47,697 nucleotides of DNA, taken from an uncultured Mycobacterium sp. Lineage in GTDB: Bacteria; Actinomycetota; Actinomycetes; Mycobacteriales; Mycobacteriaceae. Below are positions 36,620 to 45,115 of the stretch, piece by piece. Every line of letters begins with the position of its first letter. Positions within the stretch are counted from its first letter, which is position 1. The DNA is taken from the NCBI GenBank assembly GCA_964590745.1, contig CAZPZQ010000001.1, forward strand, positions 1 through 47,697. The letters are read 5' to 3'. The position numbers were made by a program, and so were the translations under genes. The notes below the pieces were generated by a model. That model did not search any database, was not told where the DNA came from, and was given only the letters and a program-made list of their open reading frames with translations.

Positions 36620-37339
36620 TTAGCGGCAAAGATCTGGCCGGCGGTCAGCCCACGGCCGGGCTTGTTCGAGTTGCGCGGCCAGCCGGATCAGCTGTCCCTC
36701 CGTGCCGAGCCGGCCGACGAACTGAACACCGATCGGCAGCCCGTCGGTACTCCGATACCGGGGAACGCTCATGGCGGGCCGACCGGTGAGGTTCGCCAGA
36801 TAGGTATGTGGCACCCAGCTGAGGTGCTCGGTGATGATGCGGTCGAACAGCGGGCCGATAACCGGTGTCAGCCGCAGCACCAACCCGAAGGTTCCGGCGC
36901 GAAACGCGGCCCTGGCGCCCAGACGCAGCGCCGCCGGAAGATTGACTGTCCCGACCCGCGGCGGTGGGGCAGCGGTGGTCGGGGTGAGCAGCAGGTCGAA
37001 GCGCCGATGAAAGTCCGCGAGCCGCAGACGTGCTCATGGCGTTGCTCGATGGCGCGGATCAACTGCACAGCTTTGGTGGTGCGGCCCATGGCCGCCTCCA
37101 CCCGGGTGATGAGCTCGAACGCCGAGTCGTCCGCACCGCCGGCGGCCTTGGCCTCGTCGACGGTCAAAGCCAGATCGGCGAACATCATGGTGAGCAGGTT
37201 CTTCATCAAGGCTGCGTCATCACCCGGGGCACGATGCCGGCAGCCACCGCGGCGGGTCCAGCAGTTCTGCCGGTTTGACCGCACCAGACCGGATCAGCTG
37301 AGCCAGTCCCACCGCGTCATAGGTCGCGTATTCGTGCAC
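36620..37339 (-). pseudogene. Amidase-signature family pseudogene
   Basis: N-terminus MHEYATYDAVGLAQLIRSGAVKPAELL, a middle fragment DDAALMKNLL...RHEH in another frame, and C-terminus FDLLLTPT...ANLTGRPAMSVP...GLPIGVQFVG...LAAQLE in a third; catalytic core absent. Confidence 0.85.
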
Positions 37340-37370
37340 GTCGCGGCTTTATTCCGGAAGGCAACGGCCG

Positions 37371-38846
37371 TTAGGGCGTGGGCAGCGGCGGCATCGCATC
37401 CTTGCTGACCACCGCCTGCAGTTCGACATACTCGGCCAGGCCCTCGGCGCCGAACTCGCGTCCGATACCAGACTGCTTGAACCCGCCGAACGGGGTGCTG
37501 ATATCGAGGTTGTACATGTTGACGCCGTAGGTGCCGGCGCGCACCGCGGCGGCAACCTCCATGCCGTGCGCGGCGTCTTCGGTCCACACCGAGCCGGCCA
37601 GGCCATAGTCACTGTCGTTGGCGATCCGGACCGCATCGGTTTCATCGGTGTATTTCAGTACCGTCAGCACCGGGCCGAAGATCTCCTCGCGCGCGATCTG
37701 CATCTGGTTGCTGGCGTCGGCGAACAGCGTGGGCCGCACATACCAGCCGCGGTCCGCCGGAGCGTCGTCGCCGCCGACGACAATCCTGGCGCCCTCGTCA
37801 ATACCGGATCGGATGTAACCCTGAACCCGGTGCTGTTGGCGCTGTGCGACCAGCGGGCCGATGTCGGTGGCTTCATCGGTGGGGTCGCCGATCTGCAAGC
37901 CGGCCATCATGTCGGCGAGTGCATCGACCACCTCGTCGTAGCGTCGCTCACTGACCAGAATCCTGGTCTGTGCCACGCAGGCCTGCCCGTTGTTCATCAG
38001 TCCAGCCGTTTTCAAGGCGCCGACGGTGTGCTCGACGTCGGCATCGTCGAGGATGATCGCAGCTGACTTGCCGCCCAACTCGAGGCTTACTCGTTTGAGT
38101 TGTTCGCCGCAGATGGCCGCGATGCGCCGACCGGCGGCCGATGACCCGGTGAACGCAATCTTGTCCACTCCCGGGTGACGGACCAAGTGTTCGCCGACCT
38201 CCCGGCCACCCGGCAGCACCGACACCACCCCTTCCGGCAGGTCGATCTCCGCCAGCATTTCGGCTAGCCACAGGGCGTCCAACGGTGTTTCGGGCGCGGG
38301 CTTGACCACGACGGTGCAGCCGGCGATCAGCGCCGGGATCAGTTTAGGCATGATGACGAATTGCGGTACATTCCACGGCACGATCGCGCCGACCACCCCG
38401 ACCGGCGCCCGGCGCACCTGGACCTCCCCGTAGAGCCCCTGACGCCGTTCGATCCACCGGAACTCCCGCGCGGTCGCCAAAGCCAGATGCATCATGGCGG
38501 CTGCGCCGGCCGCTTGACCCTGCCTGGAAAACCGTCGCGGTGAGCCCATTTCGGCGGTGATCAGGTCAGCCATCTCCTCGAGATGGGCGGTGTACACGGC
38601 GGCCAGCTTCTCCACCTTTTCCATCCGGTCGGCCGGGCTGAGCTGCGGCCACGGGCCATGGTCGAATGCTGTCCGAGCCGCCGCCACCGCCCGGTCGACG
38701 TCCTCGGCGGTGGCCTCGGGGACCTCGCCGATCTGCTGTTCGGTGTGTGGTGAGATCACGGCAAGTCGACGTCCGGTCGCCGGCCGCTGCCAGCGTCCAC
38801 CGATGAAGAGTTGATCGTAGGTCCGGTGATCGAGGTGTTCGGCCAT
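37371..38846 (-). CDS. Aldehyde dehydrogenase
   Basis: IVPWNVP, KPAPETP, FTGS, LELGGKS, NGQAC, EEIFGPV, FGGFKQSG. Confidence 0.96.
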   Translation of the reverse strand: MAEHLDHRTYDQLFIGGRWQRPATGRRLAVISPHTEQQIGEVPEATAEDVDRAVAAARTAFDHGPWPQLSPADRMEKVEKLAAVYTAHLEEMADLITAEMGSPRRFSRQGQAAGAAAMMHLALATAREFRWIERRQGLYGEVQVRRAPVGVVGAIVPWNVPQFVIMPKLIPALIAGCTVVVKPAPETPLDALWLAEMLAEIDLPEGVVSVLPGGREVGEHLVRHPGVDKIAFTGSSAAGRRIAAICGEQLKRVSLELGGKSAAIILDDADVEHTVGALKTAGLMNNGQACVAQTRILVSERRYDEVVDALADMMAGLQIGDPTDEATDIGPLVAQRQQHRVQGYIRSGIDEGARIVVGGDDAPADRGWYVRPTLFADASNQMQIAREEIFGPVLTVLKYTDETDAVRIANDSDYGLAGSVWTEDAAHGMEVAAAVRAGTYGVNMYNLDISTPFGGFKQSGIGREFGAEGLAEYVELQAVVSKDAMPPLPTP

Positions 38847-38880
38847 GCGGCACCGCCTTGCGCAGGGTGCAGATAACTTC

Positions 38881-38910
38881 GCTATTGACGCTAACATAGC
38901 AAAGAATGAC
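38881..38910. promoter_or_regulatory. Tandem 9-bp operator-like motif, copy 6
   Basis: GCTATTGACG-CTAACATAG-CAAAGAATG; contains GCTAT-N10-ATAGC and shares TTGACGCTAAC with copy 7. Confidence 0.65.
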
Positions 38911-38961
38911 AGCTCTGGGCGTGCGCCGCCGGTGATCGCCGGTGATGAGGAGAGGCCGACG

Positions 38962-39744
38962 TTGGGCGACGAACTTCTGGTCACCGCGGACGGCGCAGTG
39001 CGCACCGTGACGCTGAATCGCCCCCAGGCCAAGAACGTCATTGACGCACCATTGCACGCCCAGCTGCTCGATGTCTGGCACAGCCTGGACCGCGATGTCG
39101 ACGCGCGCTGCGTGATTCTCACCGGCGCCGGGGAGACATTCAGCGGGGGCGGAGATTTCGGGTTTCTCAAAGCCCAGCATCAGTCGATTCAGCTGCGGTA
39201 TGCGGTTTCCCAACAGGCCGGCGCCATCCTGGGCGCGATGATCAACTTCCGGCTGCCGGTGGTGGCTGCGATCAATGGGCCGGCGGTTGGGCTGGGCGCG
39301 TCGCTGGCGCTGTGTTGCGACCTGGTGTTGATGTCTGACCGCAGCTATCTGTGCGATCCGCACGTCTCGATCGGGCTGACCGCTGCCGACGGCGGTGCGC
39401 TGCTGTGGCCGTACATGATGAGCATGATCCGCGCCAAGGAATACATCTACACCGGCACGCGCATCCCCGCGGCAGACGCGGTCGACCTCGGCCTGGCAAA
39501 CCGGGTGGTGCCGGCGGACACACTGATGGACGAGGCCCGGGCGCTGGCGGCCAAGCTCGCGGCCCAGCCGGCCCGGGCGCTGCAGACCACTAAACGGGCG
39601 TTCTCCAAGCACATCGCCCAGGCGGCGATCGCCATCGTCGACTACGGCTTGGCCGCCGAAGCCCTGGAACTGGGCGCCGACGAACACATCGACAAAGTCC
39701 GCGAATTCCTTGGCCCAGACAAATACGACGCGATCGGCCGGTGA
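38962..39744 (+). CDS. Crotonase/enoyl-CoA hydratase superfamily protein (His/Asp type)
   Basis: TLNRP..KN, FSGGGD, PVVAAINGPAVGLG, DPHVSIGLTAADGG; RBS GAGGAG before TTG. Confidence 0.9.
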   Translation: MGDELLVTADGAVRTVTLNRPQAKNVIDAPLHAQLLDVWHSLDRDVDARCVILTGAGETFSGGGDFGFLKAQHQSIQLRYAVSQQAGAILGAMINFRLPVVAAINGPAVGLGASLALCCDLVLMSDRSYLCDPHVSIGLTAADGGALLWPYMMSMIRAKEYIYTGTRIPAADAVDLGLANRVVPADTLMDEARALAAKLAAQPARALQTTKRAFSKHIAQAAIAIVDYGLAAEALELGADEHIDKVREFLGPDKYDAIGR

Positions 39745-39745
39745 G

Positions 39746-41101
39746 GTGCCAGCGGATTGGCGTCGCTACCCGTTCCGGCTGGTGCCCGACCGGCTGGAGT
39801 TCCCGGCCGCCGAGGGCGCCCATCCCGACCAGGAGTCCGATACCTGGTTTCTGGCCGGCCAACTCACCACCGCGGCCGGCGATCGGTCGTTTGCCTTTTT
39901 GACCATTGTCAACAAGAACCGGCCCGGCGGGTCGATGGTCGCCGATTTTTATACGCTGGCGCTGTTCGAGCTGGACACCGGCGACTACGGCAGCTACACC
40001 GACTACGACATGCCGCCAGCCAATCGCCACCGTGCTGAGCCGAAACTGTCCGCCGCCGCAGGGCATCTCGACATCCGCTACCGCAGCAGTGCCGGCATAG
40101 CGGTGTGGACCGCCTGCCGCGACGGCGACGGACGTCTGCTGCCGTACACCTACCGCACCGATCTGGTCGGCTGCGATTCCGCGGACCGGGCAATGCGGCT
40201 GGAACTCGATGTGGCGCCGACGCGCGCGCCGGTACCGCTGGGCGCGTCGACCCACGACGGCCGGATTGCCTGTTTCGGACAAGACGACACTTACTCGTAT
40301 TTTCAGAGCGGGATGGCGATGACCGGGACGCTGCGCTGGGGCGACATCCATGAGCAGGTAGCCGGCGCCGCCGGGCACGTCGACCGGCAATGGTTTCCCA
40401 AATACGCCGGCGGGGGCGGAACCGGGGGTGATCCGCGGGCTCGCTCACACGAGTGGTGCACCATCAACCTGAACAACGGCGTCGACTTAAGCGTCTGGCG
40501 CCAGTTCGACCGCACCAGCGGCAATGCACTGCGCCCATTCTCCGGAGTGACCGTCAGTTATCCGGGTCCGACCGCACCGCCCGAGTTCACCGACGACGTG
40601 ACGGTTCAGGTGCACAGTTATGTCCGATGGCCGGACTCGGTGCGTCCGCTGGTCCCGCCGCTCGCCCCGGTCCGCTACCTGCCGGATCGACACCGGATTG
40701 CCTCGGCCGCATTAGAACTGGACGTTACCGGCGAGCCGATGGTTGCCGCGCCGGCGCATGCCCTGCCGATCGAGTACATGGAGGGGCCGTACCGCTACCG
40801 CGGGACCCTGCGCGGCGAGCCGGTGCAGGGTTTCGGGTTCTACGAACGCTCGCTGGCGCTCTACCGAGACTGGGAGTTGATCGACGTATTGGACGTCGCA
40901 GTAGCCAGCCTCCGGCCCGGCGTCGAGCGGTTGGCGGCATCGGTGCACCGGATTCGGTCATTGTTGACGGCCGGCGATCGGCGCGCGGCGCTCAATGCGC
41001 TGCGGACCGAGGTGCGGCCAACCGTCGACACCGGGTCGGTAGCCACCGTGACCGAGGTGCTTGACGACCTTATCAATGCCGTACTGCGCGATCTGGGGTG
41101 A
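39746..41101 (+). CDS. Lipocalin-like double beta-barrel protein (AttH/CrtC-like)
   Basis: FPAAEGAHPD..DTWF..G, TYSY, G.L.W...V.G..GHVDRQW, HEW..INL, Y.EGP....G...G.GFYE pattern. Confidence 0.72.
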   Translation: MPADWRRYPFRLVPDRLEFPAAEGAHPDQESDTWFLAGQLTTAAGDRSFAFLTIVNKNRPGGSMVADFYTLALFELDTGDYGSYTDYDMPPANRHRAEPKLSAAAGHLDIRYRSSAGIAVWTACRDGDGRLLPYTYRTDLVGCDSADRAMRLELDVAPTRAPVPLGASTHDGRIACFGQDDTYSYFQSGMAMTGTLRWGDIHEQVAGAAGHVDRQWFPKYAGGGGTGGDPRARSHEWCTINLNNGVDLSVWRQFDRTSGNALRPFSGVTVSYPGPTAPPEFTDDVTVQVHSYVRWPDSVRPLVPPLAPVRYLPDRHRIASAALELDVTGEPMVAAPAHALPIEYMEGPYRYRGTLRGEPVQGFGFYERSLALYRDWELIDVLDVAVASLRPGVERLAASVHRIRSLLTAGDRRAALNALRTEVRPTVDTGSVATVTEVLDDLINAVLRDLG

Positions 41102-42236
41102 GCCGTCGCAGTGCCTCGGTCCAGGCGATGTGGCGATGCTGCAGGCCGGGTTCGTTGCGACCGAACAACAGTTGAGCGCGGGCTCCGGATTCCAGATTGG
41201 CCTGCAGCGTCTCGACGAGGCGGTAATCTTCGTCGCGGACCGTCGCGTGCGCATAGTCAAATACGGCCTGGGCGCCGGCCGCCACCGATTCGTCGGAGAC
41301 ATCGAGCGGCGTGGAATTCTGGTGCACGGTGATCGAGCGATTCGGTCGGTCCGCCGGGTAGATTCGGAACAGCTCACCGTTGGCGATGGTCACCGACAGC
41401 ACGATGTTGGGGAACAGCGCGTAGATCACCACCAGGTACTTGAACGGGTCCCATTCGTCTTCCGGAATATCGGCTAGCTCCAGAATCCCGTTGAGCGGGA
41501 AGATCAACCGGTGATGTGGCCCGAATGAGTCGAAGACGGTGCAGTTGCTGCGGGCGATCGTCGCAAAGGTCTGCCGGTGCACAGTGGCGAAGTGGTAGTT
41601 CTCCGCGAATGTATCGACTGCCAGCTTCCAGTTGATCGCGGTGTCGAGCACCTTCTCGCCCAGCGGAGACCAGTGGCCGATACCCCACGAGTCGAGCTCG
41701 CCGGCCAGGGGGCCCAAGTGTGCGGCGATGTCCAGCTTGCCAGCGGGATCGAGTGACACCCAGAGGAATCCGGCGAACTCGGCGGCCGGCAACTCGGTCA
41801 GACCGACCGATTTGACGTGCACACCTGGAAACCCCTCGCGACCGGGGACGGCCACCAAGCGCCCGGTGTTGTCGTACGTCCAGGCGTGATATGGACAGGT
41901 GAATCGTTTTGCGGTGCCACACCCGGTCACCACTTGGGCTTGCCGGTGCAGGCAGACGTTGTCGAACGCCTTGACCATCCCGCCGGCGGTCCGGGTCAGC
42001 AGTATCGATCGCCCCATCACGGTCTTGGTGACATAGCTGTTCGGCTGTGGCAGTTCGGATACGTAACCCACCAGCTGCGGGCTGGCTGCCAGCATGGTGC
42101 GGTCGCGCTCGTGTCGCGCGGTTGAGGTATAGGCGTCGGTGTCGACGGTGTACTCACTCGGGGCCAGGTCGGTGGTTTTATCCCGCGCCAGCTTCACCGC
42201 ACGTCGGGTCAGGTCGACGAGTTGGTCGCGATCCAT
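41073..42236 (-). CDS. Rieske oxygenase alpha subunit (SRPBCC domain)
   Basis: NVCLHRQ..CPYHAW, NWKL..D.FAENYHFATVH, RDED. Confidence 0.92.
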   Translation of the reverse strand: MDRDQLVDLTRRAVKLARDKTTDLAPSEYTVDTDAYTSTARHERDRTMLAASPQLVGYVSELPQPNSYVTKTVMGRSILLTRTAGGMVKAFDNVCLHRQAQVVTGCGTAKRFTCPYHAWTYDNTGRLVAVPGREGFPGVHVKSVGLTELPAAEFAGFLWVSLDPAGKLDIAAHLGPLAGELDSWGIGHWSPLGEKVLDTAINWKLAVDTFAENYHFATVHRQTFATIARSNCTVFDSFGPHHRLIFPLNGILELADIPEDEWDPFKYLVVIYALFPNIVLSVTIANGELFRIYPADRPNRSITVHQNSTPLDVSDESVAAGAQAVFDYAHATVRDEDYRLVETLQANLESGARAQLLFGRNEPGLQHRHIAWTEALRRLTPDRAVRH

Positions 42237-42277
42237 GTCGTCAATTACAGCAGACTCGGACCGGCGAGATCCGCCAG

Positions 42278-42310
42278 TTGACGCTAACTTTATAAACTTT
42301 ATAATCACAA
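42278..42310 (+). promoter_or_regulatory. Near-consensus SigA promoter with 9-bp operator-like motif, copy 7
   Basis: TTGACG(42278)-N16-TATAAT(42300); g-CTAACTTTA-TAAACTTTA-TAATC fills the spacer. Confidence 0.72.
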
Positions 42311-42393
42311 GTATTCAACGGGTGGCGGCGGATCCGCGCTGGCTGCGGCGGCGCGAATCCGCATCCGCAGGCAACGACCGGAAGGTGCAGCCG

Positions 42394-43683
42394 ATGGACA
42401 TCAACGACCTGGTGATGGTCAGCGTCGACGACCACGTGGTGGAACCGCCGCATCTTTTCGACGGGCGACTGCCGACGAAATACGTCGAGTTCGCCCCGCA
42501 ATTCATCACCAACCCGGACGGCACCAATGTCTGGCAGTACAACGGCGAGACGGTCGGCAACGTCGCGCTCAACGCGGTTGCCGGCAAGCCCAAAGAGGAG
42601 TACGGGATCGAACCCACCTCTTTTACCGAACTGCGGCCCGGTACCTATGACCACAACGAACGGGTCAAGGACATGAGCGCCAACGGGGTGCTCGGCTCGC
42701 TGTGCTTTCCGTCCTTCCCGCAGTTTTGCGGCCAACTTTTTGCCCGCACCGAAGACAAAGACGTCGCGCTGGCGATGGTGCAGGCCTACAACGACTGGCA
42801 TATCGACGAGTGGTGCGGCAGCCACCCGGGCCGGTTCATCCCGTGTGCACTGCCGGCGATCTGGGATCCGGAAGTGATGGCCACCGAAGTCCGGCGGGTC
42901 GCCAAGAAGGGTTGTCACGCACTGACATTCAGTGAAAACCCATCGAAATTGGGCTGGCCGTCCATCCACTCCGACCACTGGGACCCGGTGTGGCAGGCGT
43001 GCAGCGAGGAATCGGTGGTGGTGTGCATGCACATCGGATCGTCGTCGCAGCTGACCATCACCTCACCCGACGCGCCGATGGACGTGATGATCACTCTGCA
43101 GCCGATGAACATCGTGCAGGCGGCCGCCGACCTGGTGTGGTCGAAGATGCTGCGCAAATTCCCCGATCTTAAAGTCGCGCTGTCTGAGGGCGGCATCGGC
43201 TGGATTCCGTATTTTCTGGAACGGATCGACTACAACTACGATCGCCACCACGCCTGGACCGGCCAAGACTTCGGCGACAAGCTGCCCAGCGAGGTGTTCA
43301 ACGAGCATGTCATCACCTGTTTCATCGACGACAGGTTCGGCATGGCCAGCCGCGCGGCGTTGGACCTGGACATGGTGACCTGGGAATGCGACTACCCGCA
43401 TTCGGACTCCAACTGGCCGCAATCACCGGAGGTCTTCGCCCAATCAATGGACGGGGTCAGTGACACCGACATCGACCGGATCACCCATTTGAACGCCATG
43501 CGACACTTTCACTACGACCCGTTCTCGGCGCTGGGTGGAAAACAGAATTGCACGGTCGGGGCGCTGCGTAAGTCGGTTGAAGGCCATGATGTCTCGCTCA
43601 AGTCGCAGCGCCGCGAAGATGGCCAGCGGACCCGGATGACCGCCGCGGACCTGGCTAAGCTGGCGGCCGCCAGCGCAAAGTAG
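42394..43683 (+). CDS. Amidohydrolase_2-fold protein
   Basis: SVDDHVVEP, CMHIGSS, LSEGG, WECDYPHSDS. Confidence 0.9.
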   Translation: MDINDLVMVSVDDHVVEPPHLFDGRLPTKYVEFAPQFITNPDGTNVWQYNGETVGNVALNAVAGKPKEEYGIEPTSFTELRPGTYDHNERVKDMSANGVLGSLCFPSFPQFCGQLFARTEDKDVALAMVQAYNDWHIDEWCGSHPGRFIPCALPAIWDPEVMATEVRRVAKKGCHALTFSENPSKLGWPSIHSDHWDPVWQACSEESVVVCMHIGSSSQLTITSPDAPMDVMITLQPMNIVQAAADLVWSKMLRKFPDLKVALSEGGIGWIPYFLERIDYNYDRHHAWTGQDFGDKLPSEVFNEHVITCFIDDRFGMASRAALDLDMVTWECDYPHSDSNWPQSPEVFAQSMDGVSDTDIDRITHLNAMRHFHYDPFSALGGKQNCTVGALRKSVEGHDVSLKSQRREDGQRTRMTAADLAKLAAASAK

Positions 43684-43709
43684 CGGGATGCTTCGCGGCC
43701 GAGCATGTG

Positions 43710-44966
43710 TCAGAGGTGCGCGGCGGCTGCGGGTGCGCGCCCGTCGTAACGACGGCAGCAAAGGCCGGCTTTGCGGCCCGCGACGATAACCCCCGCGGCG
43801 GCCACCGCCCAGATGAGGTACTGGACGGCAAGGGCCAACCGGAATGCGGTGAAGGAGTAGCCGCCGGCGGCGTCGATGATGACGCCTATGGCCTGCATCG
43901 TCAGCAGCGACGCGATGAAGCCGCCGGTATTGACCATGCCCTGTGCGGTGCCCAGGGCGGCCGGCGGATTGAATGTGCGGGCAAAGTCGAATGCGATGAT
44001 GGAAACCGGTTGGCCGATCGCGATGACCACGACAAGCAACGCCAGCAACCAGGCCGGCGCACGGAAGGGCAGCATCAGGACCACGGTCCAGCTCAGCGCG
44101 TTGGCGCCGATCATCGTGAGCACCAGTGCCGGGCGCCGCTGCGGCTGGCGCCCGGAAACGATTCCGACCGCAAACCCGAAGACGACGAACGCGGCCACCG
44201 ACAGGGCCAGGAACATACCCGCCGTACGGCGCGACATTCCTTGCGCGACGGTCAAATAGGGCACGCCCCACATCAAGACGAATACGGTGACCGAGAACTG
44301 GGTGCCCATGTGGCTGAAGAAACCCAATCGGGTGCCGGCACGTGACCACACTGTCTTGACATCGGTGAGCGCGGTGCGGAATGTCGTCGGCCCGGCGACA
44401 GGCCATTGCCCATCCGGGGCATTGCGCAGCAACGCGAGAACCAACACGATGACCAGTGCGCCCAGGGCGGCGGCCGAGACATAGGCGGCGGTCCAGCCGC
44501 GGCGCAGCAGAATGGCCAGAAACGGCACCGCCGACAGCAGCTGGCCGAACTGGCCACAGATGGCGGTCAATTGGGTCAGCAGCGGGACCTGCTGCGGGGC
44601 AAACCAGTTCGGCAACAGCCGGATGACTGCGATGAACATGAAGGCATCGCCCAGTCCGACCGTGCCATACGCTCCGATCGCCGTGGGCAGCGAGTGCGTC
44701 AGCCCAAGCGTCAACTGACCCAGCGACATAACCGTGACGCCGGTGCCGATCATTGCCTTGGGGCCGAACCGGTCCAACAGCACGCCGGCCGGTACTTGCA
44801 TGCCGGTATAGACAACGATCTGCAGCACCACGAAGGTCGAGAGCACACCCGGGCTTGCCCCGAACCGGTCGGCGGCATCCAATCCAGACACCCCGAAGGT
44901 GGTCCGGTTCAGTACGGCCACCACGTACGCCAGCAACCCGGTGCTCCACACCAGCCAGGAACGCAA
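43710..44966 (-). CDS. MFS transporter
   Basis: Multiple TM segments, GVLLDRFGPK motif A, GTAQGMVNTGGF; start probably TTG 44966 (ORF open to 45089). Confidence 0.9.
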   Translation of the reverse strand: MRSWLVWSTGLLAYVVAVLNRTTFGVSGLDAADRFGASPGVLSTFVVLQIVVYTGMQVPAGVLLDRFGPKAMIGTGVTVMSLGQLTLGLTHSLPTAIGAYGTVGLGDAFMFIAVIRLLPNWFAPQQVPLLTQLTAICGQFGQLLSAVPFLAILLRRGWTAAYVSAAALGALVIVLVLALLRNAPDGQWPVAGPTTFRTALTDVKTVWSRAGTRLGFFSHMGTQFSVTVFVLMWGVPYLTVAQGMSRRTAGMFLALSVAAFVVFGFAVGIVSGRQPQRRPALVLTMIGANALSWTVVLMLPFRAPAWLLALLVVVIAIGQPVSIIAFDFARTFNPPAALGTAQGMVNTGGFIASLLTMQAIGVIIDAAGGYSFTAFRLALAVQYLIWAVAAAGVIVAGRKAGLCCRRYDGRAPAAAAHL

Positions 44967-45115
44967 CCTATCGACCTGCCTTCCGTGGGCGGGCCGGGGT
45001 AGCCCGCGGGCATCGTCGCACGCCGAGGGGCCGGCACCGACTGCAGGGCGGTTGGTGCCGGTGTGGCAGTCGAAGTCGGTGTGATTCATGTGAGAGTTGT
45101 CGTATCCTGTGACAC

